Origin: an uncultured Planctomycetia bacterium | Lineage (GTDB): Bacteria > Omnitrophota > Gorgyraeia > Duberdicusellales > 4484-171 | Length of the DNA: 64,000 bases | Assembly (NCBI GenBank): GCA_964489445.1 | Contig: CAZAYU010000005.1 | Span: forward strand, 68,799-132,798 | Direction of reading: 5' to 3' | Shown: positions 48,014 to 57,506 of the stretch, one piece after another | How the letters are laid out: each line of letters starts with the position of its first letter | Numbering within the stretch: position 1 is the stretch's first letter | The notes under the pieces: model-generated | Seen by the model: the letters and a program-made list of their open reading frames with translations, nothing else | What the model was told of the DNA's origin: nothing | Databases searched by the model: none | Made by a program: the position numbers and the translations under genes

Positions 48014-49255
48014 TTACCGCCTATCAACTATTAATTTCTGTTTTTTAAATGTCCCATCAGCTTTTTCTTTCTTGATGATATCTATAAATAGCTTTGCCAT
48101 CTTTATCTCCTGACAACAATCACCGTAAAAAGTATCCCATGCATAGTGATACATCTTTTGCAAAGAATCCACCGTCATCAATTTCGGCTGAAAAACAACT
48201 TCCCCACATGTATATTTGATCCAATCGTTATGTAAAATTCTTCCCTGATTCTCCATCTCTCTCCTAAATGGCGTCTGAGAAAAAGGTGTTAAAATAGTAA
48301 ACTCGGCCAAATCCAAATCTATTTCCATGAGAAAATCTACCATTCGCTTAATGTAATCTTCATCGTGATGTTCCAGGCCAAGGAGAATTGTCCCTTCAAC
48401 TCCGATTCCCCTCTCTTTTAGCCTTTTAACTCTATTACGCATATAATCCGAAGTGTCCACAATAGCTTGATACACATACCAGCACCCAGCCTTGGCTGCT
48501 AGATCAAGTATCTCATCGTCGTCTTTAATCGGATGTGAGATCCATTTCTTTTTCAATGGTGCAATTGCCCTAAACAGTTTTTTCTCCCATTCATCATCCT
48601 GCGCTAATGAATTATCAACAATAAATAACCGGTTATTCTTTATACTCTCCAGCTCTTTGACAACTTTCTCGATAGGCCGAGGCCTAAAGCACTTCCCTCC
48701 TAAAAATCGTACGCAACAAGGAAAACAATTGAATTTACACCCTCTGGACATGTGCATCAAGTCAACCATCTGCACACCCTTAAAATTGTATAACTCATGG
48801 TTCAAGATATCTCGTCTTGCAGTATCTACCAATGAGATATCTGGCAATTGTTTTTGATAATTGTAAACTTGCTTTAACTTGCCGTTTCTAAAATCATTAA
48901 TCAAATTTCCGATCACACCTTCCGCTTCCCCTAAAAACACAGCATCTGCATGCGGGATTGTTTCCTCAGGATGCAGCATTGTAGCAATGCCTCCGAAAAT
49001 CACTTTTTTCCCTTTTGCCCGATACAAATCTGCTATTTCCCATGCTCTTGGCATTTGGCATGTCAGCATAACAGACATAGCTATTAAATCAGCATCTTCA
49101 TTAAAATTAATATTTTCTACATTTTCATCGTAGAATGAAATTTCAATATCTGACCCCAAGGCCGCAGCAAAACAGACAGGACCATGAGGAGGCAGATTGA
49201 AACTTGTTTGCTCCTTAAGTTTTGGCCACTTAGGATATATAATCAGTAACTTCAT
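48014..49255 (-). CDS. cobalamin-binding radical SAM enzyme (class B) #2
   Basis: MKLLIIYPKW B12-like start, SRGCKFNCFPC = Cx3Cx2C; AAGGA SD inside preceding gene. Confidence 0.75.
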   Translation of the reverse strand: MKLLIIYPKWPKLKEQTSFNLPPHGPVCFAAALGSDIEISFYDENVENINFNEDADLIAMSVMLTCQMPRAWEIADLYRAKGKKVIFGGIATMLHPEETIPHADAVFLGEAEGVIGNLINDFRNGKLKQVYNYQKQLPDISLVDTARRDILNHELYNFKGVQMVDLMHMSRGCKFNCFPCCVRFLGGKCFRPRPIEKVVKELESIKNNRLFIVDNSLAQDDEWEKKLFRAIAPLKKKWISHPIKDDDEILDLAAKAGCWYVYQAIVDTSDYMRNRVKRLKERGIGVEGTILLGLEHHDEDYIKRMVDFLMEIDLDLAEFTILTPFSQTPFRREMENQGRILHNDWIKYTCGEVVFQPKLMTVDSLQKMYHYAWDTFYGDCCQEIKMAKLFIDIIKKEKADGTFKKQKLIVDRR

Positions 49256-49919
49256 TCTTGTCCTTTTGCGAAATCTTTTTTATAACTTCAGATAGTACCC
49301 CTGTGCCCTTTACTGCATGCTGTACTTCTTCTAGAGTTATCCATCCATTCTTTAAAGAATATTTCTCTTCTTTTAAAAGAAAACAAATTGCTTCTTCTTC
49401 ACTGGCATTAACTATTAATAGGCTCTTAGCTTCTTTTGATTCAATCATTATCCGTCCTTGCTCAAGAACCTGGCTTATTTGATCTTCCTCAAACGTAAGG
49501 TACAAAACAGGTCCTTGGCATCCAAAATTGATAGCTGCCTCTGCTATTGGCGTTGAAGGCAATGTATAAACAAATAAGCTCCCTCGAGACAACTTCCGCC
49601 CACACTCAACATAATCTTTAAAATATTTTATATTTGATTGCAAACATCCCTCTTCATCTGTGCTCAAAATACCTAAATCCTGCATTGTTCCCTTTGAATA
49701 ATCAACACCTGCATCAAATAAAGCTAAAGAAATTGCGAAGCACGTATTTCTTGAAACTTTATCAAATCTTCCAAAATTCTTAATAGGCTCTAACAAAATA
49801 GACGCATCTCTGAGAGTTGAGTGCATTTTCTTCCTATCTGAGTATTCAGTTATATTTTTTCTAAATACACTTCCAAACTTATTTTCTGTGATCCAGCCTA
49901 TTCCTTGAACAATAATCAT
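49230..49919 (-). CDS. truncated ketosynthase-like (N-terminal thiolase-fold half, no catalytic residues)
   Basis: LPSTPIAEAAINFGCQGPVLYL resembles KS motif seen in 41052-41993; start set at ATG (MIIVQGIGWI). Confidence 0.45.
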   Translation of the reverse strand: MIIVQGIGWITENKFGSVFRKNITEYSDRKKMHSTLRDASILLEPIKNFGRFDKVSRNTCFAISLALFDAGVDYSKGTMQDLGILSTDEEGCLQSNIKYFKDYVECGRKLSRGSLFVYTLPSTPIAEAAINFGCQGPVLYLTFEEDQISQVLEQGRIMIESKEAKSLLIVNASEEEAICFLLKEEKYSLKNGWITLEEVQHAVKGTGVLSEVIKKISQKDKNEVTDYIS

Positions 49920-49977
49920 ACTATTTCCCTGAACTCCTATTATCAATACTAAATTGATTCCCTACCAGCCAAGAGTA

Positions 49978-50292
49978 TTATTTTGAAACACTATCACTCA
50001 CGCATCGGAATTGCAGAGAAGCACTACCAGGCCTAGCAGGTAAAGAATTTAACATCTCCAAGGCTACTGTCTCCACTTTCTTATTTTGCTTAGAACAAAA
50101 CTCGTTTGCCTCTCGGTACACAACAGCCTTTGCGCCAACAGGCTGACCACAACCAATCTGCCAACTTCTCTTGGATACCACATATGTGTCCTTGTCCATA
50201 GGGATAACTCCTGTGCTTGCACAACCGCTGAGCAGAATAACGAACATTAGACAAAAATAGCCAAGAAACACATTTCTTATTTTTCTAAACAT
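49978..50292 (-). CDS. small lipoprotein (lipobox LLSGCA), paralogue of 42025-42480
   Basis: SGCASTGVIPMDKDTYVVS...EFCSKQNKK...FRC. Confidence 0.45.
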   Translation of the reverse strand: MFRKIRNVFLGYFCLMFVILLSGCASTGVIPMDKDTYVVSKRSWQIGCGQPVGAKAVVYREANEFCSKQNKKVETVALEMLNSLPARPGSASLQFRCVSDSVSK

Positions 50293-50321
50293 AACCCCTC
50301 CCCTTTTCTATGTTTAATTAT

Positions 50322-51458
50322 TTATTCACATGCGACTATTATTAACGCAGAATTAATTCCACCAAATCCAGAGTTTGTTGACAAAACAATATTGTTTTTA
50401 AGCCTAACTTCTTCTTTTTGAATCCACCCTACAGCTTCCTCATCAATATTTTCCGCCCCTACCGTAGGTGGCAAAACATTATTTTGAATAGTTTCTAGCG
50501 CCACCAGAGCATCCATAAGACCAGCTGATCCCATAGTGTGTCCAATTCCACCTTTGATAGAGTAGGTTGGAAGAACTTTACCGCCAAATATACTTTTAAA
50601 TGCTTTCATCTCCATCGAATCGTTATATACCGTTCCTGTCCCATGTGCACAAATACTATTGATTTCTTCGGCTGTTATGCCTCCTGATTCTAGCGCTCTG
50701 TCTATAGCCAAGAATAGACCTTCCCCGTCTATGGACGGACCGGTCACATGGTTTGCATCGCAAGAAATTCCCCAACCTAAAATGCCTCCCTTAACGGGTC
50801 TCTTCTCTTTATCCGCTCTTTCCTTCGACATAAGAAGAATACAAGCTGTCGCTTCCCCAACATTAAGACCCTCTCTATTTTTATCAAATGGTCGAGCGTT
50901 ATATCTATCTAAAGCCATCAGCGATGAAAATCCGGAAATAATAAACTCGCTTACACAATCACAAGAAACAACCAAAACACATTCACTCTTTTTAGACCTA
51001 ATTAACGATGCAGCTCGAGCAATAGCAACGCTAGAGGATGCACATGCAGCAGAAATCAGCATTCCTTTCCCTCTTACCTTAAAAAGATCATGTGTTTTTG
51101 CCAATAAAAGACCTAATCGACTCTCCTCTGAGCTTTTTTTTCCTGTTAACATCTCATCTTCAAGAAAATCAATCTCGCCATTTAAAGACGCGAGCATCAA
51201 GTCAGCATCTTCCGGTATTGAATTGTTAATATTTTCCTTAAGCCTTTCCATCATTTGAAAAACAAGTGATTTCTCATTCCTAGAAACAAGGCCCTTAATT
51301 GTAGCTGCTTTGTTTGATTTGAAATGCCTGGTGTCAAATCTTTTAATGTCATCTATTGAAGTTTGATTACTAAGCAAGCCTTGCCAGCAAACATCTATTC
51401 CTTCTCCATAAGGGGTAACCGCATTATAGTCAACTATGACCGGACTTGCCTTCAGCAT
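50322..51458 (-). CDS. beta-ketoacyl-ACP synthase (KS)
   Basis: AACASSSVAIA active Cys, AHGTGT, GHTMGSAG. Confidence 0.8.
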   Translation of the reverse strand: MLKASPVIVDYNAVTPYGEGIDVCWQGLLSNQTSIDDIKRFDTRHFKSNKAATIKGLVSRNEKSLVFQMMERLKENINNSIPEDADLMLASLNGEIDFLEDEMLTGKKSSEESRLGLLLAKTHDLFKVRGKGMLISAACASSSVAIARAASLIRSKKSECVLVVSCDCVSEFIISGFSSLMALDRYNARPFDKNREGLNVGEATACILLMSKERADKEKRPVKGGILGWGISCDANHVTGPSIDGEGLFLAIDRALESGGITAEEINSICAHGTGTVYNDSMEMKAFKSIFGGKVLPTYSIKGGIGHTMGSAGLMDALVALETIQNNVLPPTVGAENIDEEAVGWIQKEEVRLKNNIVLSTNSGFGGINSALIIVACE

Positions 51459-51928
51459 GAATATTCACCCTTTACCCATTTCTCGCGACACTTTTCAAGC
51501 ATGGCAGGCATTGCAATATATGGTTCCTGAGATTTAGCATCAACAAACATCTGCACAGTATATCCTGTTGCTGCAACTTGCCCATCCTCTTTAATAATTA
51601 CATATTCAATATTGATCCTTGCCCCTTCACTCCAGATCATATTTGCTTCAACATGACAAACCTCATCAAGAATCAATGGCGCATGATAATCAATATGCAT
51701 TTGCACAATTGGCGCACGTAAGCCTGCTTCATAGAATTCCCTGTAAGATAAGCCCCATTTCCGCCCTATAGCGGAAAATCCCTCTTCGAAATATTCTGCA
51801 TACCTGCCATGCCACACAACTCCCATCACGTCGACATCGCTGAAACTTACTCTCTTCTCAACTCGCACAATCAAAGGAGCAGGGCCTTCTGGAATTATCT
51901 TAAAATATTTGCCTAGTTTTCTTCTCAT
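51452..51928 (-). CDS. hot-dog fold acyl-CoA/ACP thioesterase (4HBT/YbgC-like)
   Basis: VSFSDVDVMGVVWHGRYAEYFEEG. Confidence 0.7.
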   Translation of the reverse strand: MRRKLGKYFKIIPEGPAPLIVRVEKRVSFSDVDVMGVVWHGRYAEYFEEGFSAIGRKWGLSYREFYEAGLRAPIVQMHIDYHAPLILDEVCHVEANMIWSEGARINIEYVIIKEDGQVAATGYTVQMFVDAKSQEPYIAMPAMLEKCREKWVKGEYSC

Positions 51929-51940
51929 TACGTAACCCCG

Positions 51941-52309
51941 TTAAAATATCAGCTTTAGTTCAGCGACCTTTTCCTCTTTTTTGACAATGAGAACTTTAAC
52001 AGATAAATTCTCTAAACTCTCGTTCTCAAAACACTTAAATATCAATTCTTCATCACAGGTTGTAGGCTGAAAGAATTTTGCAAGTTTTATTTCCTTCAGC
52101 TCAAGATTATCCTTACCTTTCCACTTCTTTATAACCTCTACTGCCGATAAAATCTTGCAGACTCCAGGCAAAACAGGATTGTTTTCGAAATGCCCCTGAA
52201 ACCCGAGGAACTCTTTATCAAAAATAAAGTTTGCCGTTGCCATGCGCTTATCGATAATATCTATATTGCACATACATCTATTTATGTCCCCTATTAGATC
52301 GCAGCTCAT
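51941..52309 (-). CDS. FabZ-like 3-hydroxyacyl-ACP dehydratase (hot-dog)
   Basis: LGFQGHFENNPVLPGV matches the FabZ HFPxxPxxPGV motif. Confidence 0.65.
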   Translation of the reverse strand: MSCDLIGDINRCMCNIDIIDKRMATANFIFDKEFLGFQGHFENNPVLPGVCKILSAVEVIKKWKGKDNLELKEIKLAKFFQPTTCDEELIFKCFENESLENLSVKVLIVKKEEKVAELKLIF

Positions 52310-52971
52310 AACACCTCTTTGACGTTGATTATCAGCTTGTAGCCATATAAGTAGTTTGCAAAAATTATCCCTTTAGGATACACTTTTCCATCTTTTTCCA
52401 TATATTCATAATATCTGGCCGACCAAGCCTTCTTTTTTCCTTCATAATGTACCTTCTCAATCAAATAATTCTCTTTGCCTGCAAAAACATACTCCGTAAT
52501 CCCAGCGTCTTGTTTCTGGCTAAATATAATTTCTTTTTTCTTCTTTTTAATTTCAAAAAACTTTAATGGTGCCTGGTCAAAATATATACGGTAAATATCC
52601 TTAACCAAAGCTTTCGAAATATCTCCCTTCTTAGAAATTTCATCGATAACATTATTGACCGTGACTTCCCCGTTCTTCGCTGCAATTTCAATGAGCTTTA
52701 CTCCAACAGAATTCATGCCAGCTAATTCGAATGCTTTTTCATTTTCATCAACAGAAAGATATCCTAACGAAAGAAATTTCCTTGCTCTAAACTGAAACAC
52801 AACGGTATTAATAATCTTGAAGCTCTCTGGCGTCAACGCAATATGCTTCCTTAAAACATCTTCAGGATTTCTATTAGTGATTAATATATATTCCGTCTTT
52901 TTAAATGGCACAAAACTGCATCCACCAATAAAACATATAGATAACAAAAGAATACAAACCTGTTTTCTCAC
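52306..52971 (-). CDS. lipoprotein (lipobox FIGGCS), possibly DUF3261-like; GTG start overlapping MMPL stop (GTGA)
   Basis: GGAGGA SD 8 nt before GTG at 52971; MRKQVCILLLSICFIGGCSF signal peptide. Confidence 0.5.
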   Translation of the reverse strand: MRKQVCILLLSICFIGGCSFVPFKKTEYILITNRNPEDVLRKHIALTPESFKIINTVVFQFRARKFLSLGYLSVDENEKAFELAGMNSVGVKLIEIAAKNGEVTVNNVIDEISKKGDISKALVKDIYRIYFDQAPLKFFEIKKKKKEIIFSQKQDAGITEYVFAGKENYLIEKVHYEGKKKAWSARYYEYMEKDGKVYPKGIIFANYLYGYKLIINVKEVL

Positions 52972-55352
52972 TGAGATCCTCCAGGAGAAATCCACAGCCG
53001 ATAACAAGCTGGGACTACAAAAGCTGCAGTCAAATAACCTGAAAATATTCCTATAGCCATAGTAACTCCCACATAAAACAAAACTGGATGTGTCGCTAAA
53101 AGCAAAACGCTTCCCCCGGCAATAGTTGTTGCTGCAGATAATGTGACAGCTAAAAAAGTTCCTGCTTCTAATTTAAACTTACAGTCGTAGACCATAAAAA
53201 CCCCATAATCGATGCAAAGCCCAACAACGACTAGAACAGCTATCATCGATGGCGCATTCAAAGAATACCCTAACAATGAAAAACCGCCAATAATCATAAA
53301 GATACTCGTTACAACAGGAAGTAAAGCCAACAAGGTCAACCGAATACTCTTTAGCAACAAAATTGTTAAGATTACAATTAATAATCCAGCTATCCAAGAA
53401 AGTTTTTTAACTTCTTGACCTGCTGATTCCGAAATAGATTTAGCCATGCTATTCCTTGAGATAATAAATGTATCTGCCATCTTACTGCTTATTTTTCGAG
53501 CCTTATCGACTAGAACTTTTTTATCCGGAAAATAGGTTATCGCATAATACCCGCTCTTTGTTTTTTGAAAAAAACGCTTCTTGGCCTGATCAAGCAACTT
53601 TGGATCTGCTAGCTTGGTGTCTTCCTCTTGGCTTATATACAGGCTATCAAAAAATGGCTTAAAGGCATCTTCAGAATATCCATAATCATTTCCTTGCTCC
53701 CGAAGAAGAATCTTTAATTCTTCCTCATGCTTATTCTTCCAGAATAAATCCCACTGCAATAGATTCTCTACCCTTGTCTCTTTGGATGGATAAACACTCG
53801 CGATATTTGAGAATTCTTTGTTCTTAAAGCTTTTGCTCATTTCCATGTTAAGAACTTCATTTACCTTAAGAACCTCCTCTCTCTTCCCTGCTTGTGCAAC
53901 TAACATAGCACATTCATTGTCAGCTCCCCACGTCTTGCGAAATTGCTCTTCCGCGTCAAAAATATTCTTTGAGCTTCCATCATAAACTCTTATATCATTA
54001 CTAAATGTTAAATTTTGAGAGAAAAAAACAAATACGCCTACAACAATAATCCACAAAAATATAATAATCCGGTCATCTAGAATATGGTACTTGTTGCAAA
54101 AGCTCATTTTTGCAAAAGGAGCTCTTTCCTTCTTTTCATAAAATAATCTCGGCAAAATAAACAAATAGAAAAAGATGCTAATAATAATACTCAAATTCGT
54201 CAATAACGCAAATTGCTGAAAACCATAAATACTAGAGAAGAAAAATGATGTAAAAACCCCCATTGTTGTAAATACCCCAACCAAAATAGGCTTCGCAACC
54301 TTGTTCACCTTTTCCATTCCACCTGCTTGCATAGCCAGATAAATATGGATACCATAGTCAACGGTTATCCCTGCGATAACCGCAGCCAAGCCAACAACAA
54401 AAGGTGAAAGCGCACCCATCTTCATTGAAGCTATATTCATAGAGATAACAATCGCGACTACGGGAATAATAAACACTAAAAGTGCACGAACACTTCTAAA
54501 CACAATAATAAGCAAAATCAAAAGGATAAAAGTAACAGCAAAAACTGTTTTGGTAATATCTTTCTTCAAAATGTCTTCATTACTTATTGTATGAAGATGT
54601 CCGCCGATGATATCCACATCAATATAATCCGGCAATAGTTTGATCTGTTCCCTTATATAATTAATCAACTTTCTTGAACCAACACTATCTGTTATAGGAA
54701 CCGATGTCGATAATATTAACATCACATGTTTTTCGTTCATACTCACAAAATGTTCGTGCTTAAATTGTGCCTGATATCCTATCGACTCTGCCAAGTCCTT
54801 CATTTTTATTAAATACTTTATTTTGATGCCAAGAGGATCATTCTGAATAAAGTATTTCATAAAAATGCTATTCATCGAAAGCATACTCTTGTAACCTTGC
54901 TTCAATCTTTCTTTGACATTCTCAGGGTTAATCTCTTTCTTGATGGAAAACAAGTCTTCTTCTGATACAACCTGCGGAACATAATCTAAAAATTCTTTAA
55001 CATCTTCTAAGACTTCATTCTCGGTTATTCCCTCCTCAATCTTCATAACAAAAGGTAGCTTTAAACCATTTTTTAGCTGATCAGCAGCTTTAATAAGATC
55101 GACCATTGTCTTACCCTCTCCTTTAAGGTGCAACGACAGGACAACTTTATCTGAAAAGTTTGATTCTCTTAAGAATTTCAGTGATTTTGAGAATTCTGCG
55201 TTTTTCGGAAGCATGATTTCAACATCATTGTTAAAAGAGGCAGAAAATAATCGAAAGACCGAAATCAAGAATACGATTACAACCAAAGAAATTGTTAATT
55301 TTCTTTTTTTATTTAGCAAGGAATATATTTTTTCGAATAAATGATTAATCAC
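52968..55352 (-). CDS. MMPL/RND-superfamily exporter (predicted lipid exporter, COG4258-like)
   Basis: 794 aa, two 6-TM bundles each followed by large periplasmic domain. Confidence 0.75.
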   Translation of the reverse strand: MINHLFEKIYSLLNKKRKLTISLVVIVFLISVFRLFSASFNNDVEIMLPKNAEFSKSLKFLRESNFSDKVVLSLHLKGEGKTMVDLIKAADQLKNGLKLPFVMKIEEGITENEVLEDVKEFLDYVPQVVSEEDLFSIKKEINPENVKERLKQGYKSMLSMNSIFMKYFIQNDPLGIKIKYLIKMKDLAESIGYQAQFKHEHFVSMNEKHVMLILSTSVPITDSVGSRKLINYIREQIKLLPDYIDVDIIGGHLHTISNEDILKKDITKTVFAVTFILLILLIIVFRSVRALLVFIIPVVAIVISMNIASMKMGALSPFVVGLAAVIAGITVDYGIHIYLAMQAGGMEKVNKVAKPILVGVFTTMGVFTSFFFSSIYGFQQFALLTNLSIIISIFFYLFILPRLFYEKKERAPFAKMSFCNKYHILDDRIIIFLWIIVVGVFVFFSQNLTFSNDIRVYDGSSKNIFDAEEQFRKTWGADNECAMLVAQAGKREEVLKVNEVLNMEMSKSFKNKEFSNIASVYPSKETRVENLLQWDLFWKNKHEEELKILLREQGNDYGYSEDAFKPFFDSLYISQEEDTKLADPKLLDQAKKRFFQKTKSGYYAITYFPDKKVLVDKARKISSKMADTFIISRNSMAKSISESAGQEVKKLSWIAGLLIVILTILLLKSIRLTLLALLPVVTSIFMIIGGFSLLGYSLNAPSMIAVLVVVGLCIDYGVFMVYDCKFKLEAGTFLAVTLSAATTIAGGSVLLLATHPVLFYVGVTMAIGIFSGYLTAAFVVPACYRLWISPGGSQ

Positions 55353-56004
55353 TTGCTTTAACTTTCCATACTTGTGGATCCAACTTTATATTAATCAATG
55401 TTTCCAGAAAGTGGAACTTTGTTGAATCGCCATTTGTCTCTAAGATATCAATCGTATCAATATATTTTTCATTTTTTTGAAAAAGGATAACAATGTTTTT
55501 TATCATTTTGAATGCCATAGAATTCTTGAAAGGTATGAATTTTAATTTCATAGGCGAAGACTGTATTACTTCAATATCGTACTCATCAATAAGAGATAGA
55601 TATGAACCAGAAACCCATCTCTTCATTTGGTTTGCAATAATATTAAACGATGGGTTGCTTGTTAAGTTAATTTTCTGAATTTGGTTTGTATCTTCATCCC
55701 ATTGCATAACAACATTATCCTTTAAAATAATTCTTTGCCTCAAAGGTGAACTGATATGCCAAGCAAAAGAAGATGGGTTACGCAAAAATAAATAACCTTT
55801 AATTGTTAGCTTCTGCCCAAACAAGGATAAATTCTTTTCCTCGATAAACTGTGTCGAGAGCGTTGTAATGCTTGACATTTTTTCCTCTATTATCCTCAGA
55901 TCATTTATCAAGTTAGAATTGGCTTCTTTGCAAATTCCGCTTAAAACAAATATATGCATAAATAAAATCATTAAAATTAGAACTCGAATCTTTACACGTC
56001 TCAT
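55345..56004 (-). CDS. LolA-like periplasmic lipid/lipoprotein carrier
   Basis: Signal peptide, 219 aa, immediately upstream of MMPL exporter as in APE clusters; fold call by context. Confidence 0.45.
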   Translation of the reverse strand: MRRVKIRVLILMILFMHIFVLSGICKEANSNLINDLRIIEEKMSSITTLSTQFIEEKNLSLFGQKLTIKGYLFLRNPSSFAWHISSPLRQRIILKDNVVMQWDEDTNQIQKINLTSNPSFNIIANQMKRWVSGSYLSLIDEYDIEVIQSSPMKLKFIPFKNSMAFKMIKNIVILFQKNEKYIDTIDILETNGDSTKFHFLETLINIKLDPQVWKVKASD

Positions 56005-57506
56005 TGAACTAGCGTCAGCCTCCCCACTTCTGCATTCTCGCTATGCCAAATCTTAACTTCCCCTCTTGCTAAGACTCTATTGCCTTTTACAACCTCTCCC
56101 TCGACTATTGCAAAATTTCCATATCTTGCTTTTTTCTCTATAGAGATCAAAAGGGTATCTCCTACACTTGCATTACCAAAAATCTTCATTTTCTTAGCTC
56201 CTAATAAAAAACCTTCTACCTTGTATCCAGGGTTCCCTAGATTCTTAAAACAATTATGTGCTGCTATTGTCTGCGCTATCATCTCTAAATAAATTGCGCC
56301 ATTAAGTTGCCCCTTCTTGTCAATAAAAAGCATGTTTTCTGAAATGCGTACTGAGGCCTCTGCCCTTCGATCGCGGACACTCAACAGCTTATCAATAACT
56401 CTCATTGGAGTTTTTTGAGGAATTATATTTTCAACACTAATCGGAAGCTTAGTTATCTCTGACTGCCTGTTATAATTTTTCCAACAAAGAGGATCTGAAG
56501 CTAAGTAATCCCCTGTTATCTGATAGGCTGATCCTCGGCATCCATAACAATGATCTAGTTCATCACATGCTCGGCAAGGACCTTTGATAAGATTCTTATA
56601 ATTCTTAAGATCTTCCATAACTTCACTTGTTTCTAAAATATCTTTTAATTTCTTGCTTCTAACATTACCCATAGGGATTGTAACGCCAACACAGGGCATA
56701 ACATCTCCGTTTGCATTGACAAAGCAAGAATACTGATGCCTAAAACACTTATTCCCGATAAGCGGCGGTTGAACTTCCCAAGTATTTCCATATTTTTCTT
56801 TGTCGATCTTAGCAATCTTCTTAAATAATCTCTCTACTTCCAAAGAGTCAACTTCCAACCATTGGTGATCGTTAAATTTTCCTTGAGGAGTAATCATCTC
56901 AAAGTAGGGGAGGATATTCCTGTCTCTAAGCCATATCCACAAATCAGTGAGTTCATCTATGTTTTGCTGACAAATAATTGTACTCACAGCCACATATTTA
57001 TTTTTTGCTGGATATCCCGCTTTTTGGATATTCTCGATAGCTTCTTTTATCATAAGGTGTGATCCCTGAATTCCAGTAAGCATATCCTGCGTTTCTTTAT
57101 TAAATGAATTCATTTTCAAGACAATATTAACACCCAAATCAAACAATGTATTAGCAATAACCTCGTTGACCTGCGAACCGTTGGTAAACATCTCTGATTC
57201 CAGACCTTCATTACGTATAAAAGACAACACTTCAAGAATGTGCGGATAAATCAACGGCTCTCCGCCTAAAACAATAATCTTTTTTGCTCCCAAATTCTTT
57301 GCTTGCAAAATAATATCCTGAATTTGATTTAAATCCATTTCTTTATCAAAAAAAGAATCACTCTTAACATAACAATACGGACATTGAAAATCGCACTTGG
57401 TATTGAATTCAATTTCCATAGATAGCAATCGTCCATGCTCTTTTGCTTCTCTGATCTCTTCACCTGTAAACTCAACATTAAAAATTCTCTTATTACAATC
57501 ACTCAT
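56001..57506 (-). CDS. radical SAM / SPASM-domain enzyme fused to C-terminal hot-dog (FabZ/ApeI-like) domain
   Basis: CDFQCPYC Cx3Cx2C; SPASM Cys clusters CFRHQYSCF...PC and CRACDELDHCYGC; C-terminal 150 aa with YLEMIAQTIAA hot-dog central helix. Confidence 0.75.
   Translation of the reverse strand: MSDCNKRIFNVEFTGEEIREAKEHGRLLSMEIEFNTKCDFQCPYCYVKSDSFFDKEMDLNQIQDIILQAKNLGAKKIIVLGGEPLIYPHILEVLSFIRNEGLESEMFTNGSQVNEVIANTLFDLGVNIVLKMNSFNKETQDMLTGIQGSHLMIKEAIENIQKAGYPAKNKYVAVSTIICQQNIDELTDLWIWLRDRNILPYFEMITPQGKFNDHQWLEVDSLEVERLFKKIAKIDKEKYGNTWEVQPPLIGNKCFRHQYSCFVNANGDVMPCVGVTIPMGNVRSKKLKDILETSEVMEDLKNYKNLIKGPCRACDELDHCYGCRGSAYQITGDYLASDPLCWKNYNRQSEITKLPISVENIIPQKTPMRVIDKLLSVRDRRAEASVRISENMLFIDKKGQLNGAIYLEMIAQTIAAHNCFKNLGNPGYKVEGFLLGAKKMKIFGNASVGDTLLISIEKKARYGNFAIVEGEVVKGNRVLARGEVKIWHSENAEVGRLTLVQ

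Noticed and set aside
50659-51258. 199-aa plus-strand ORF
   Set aside because: Antisense to the ketosynthase gene, with no motifs. Other plus-strand track ORFs inside minus-strand genes (1588-2196, 4925-5305, 9029-9701, 16253-16582, 42969-43331, 60673-61011 etc.) were rejected for the same reason.
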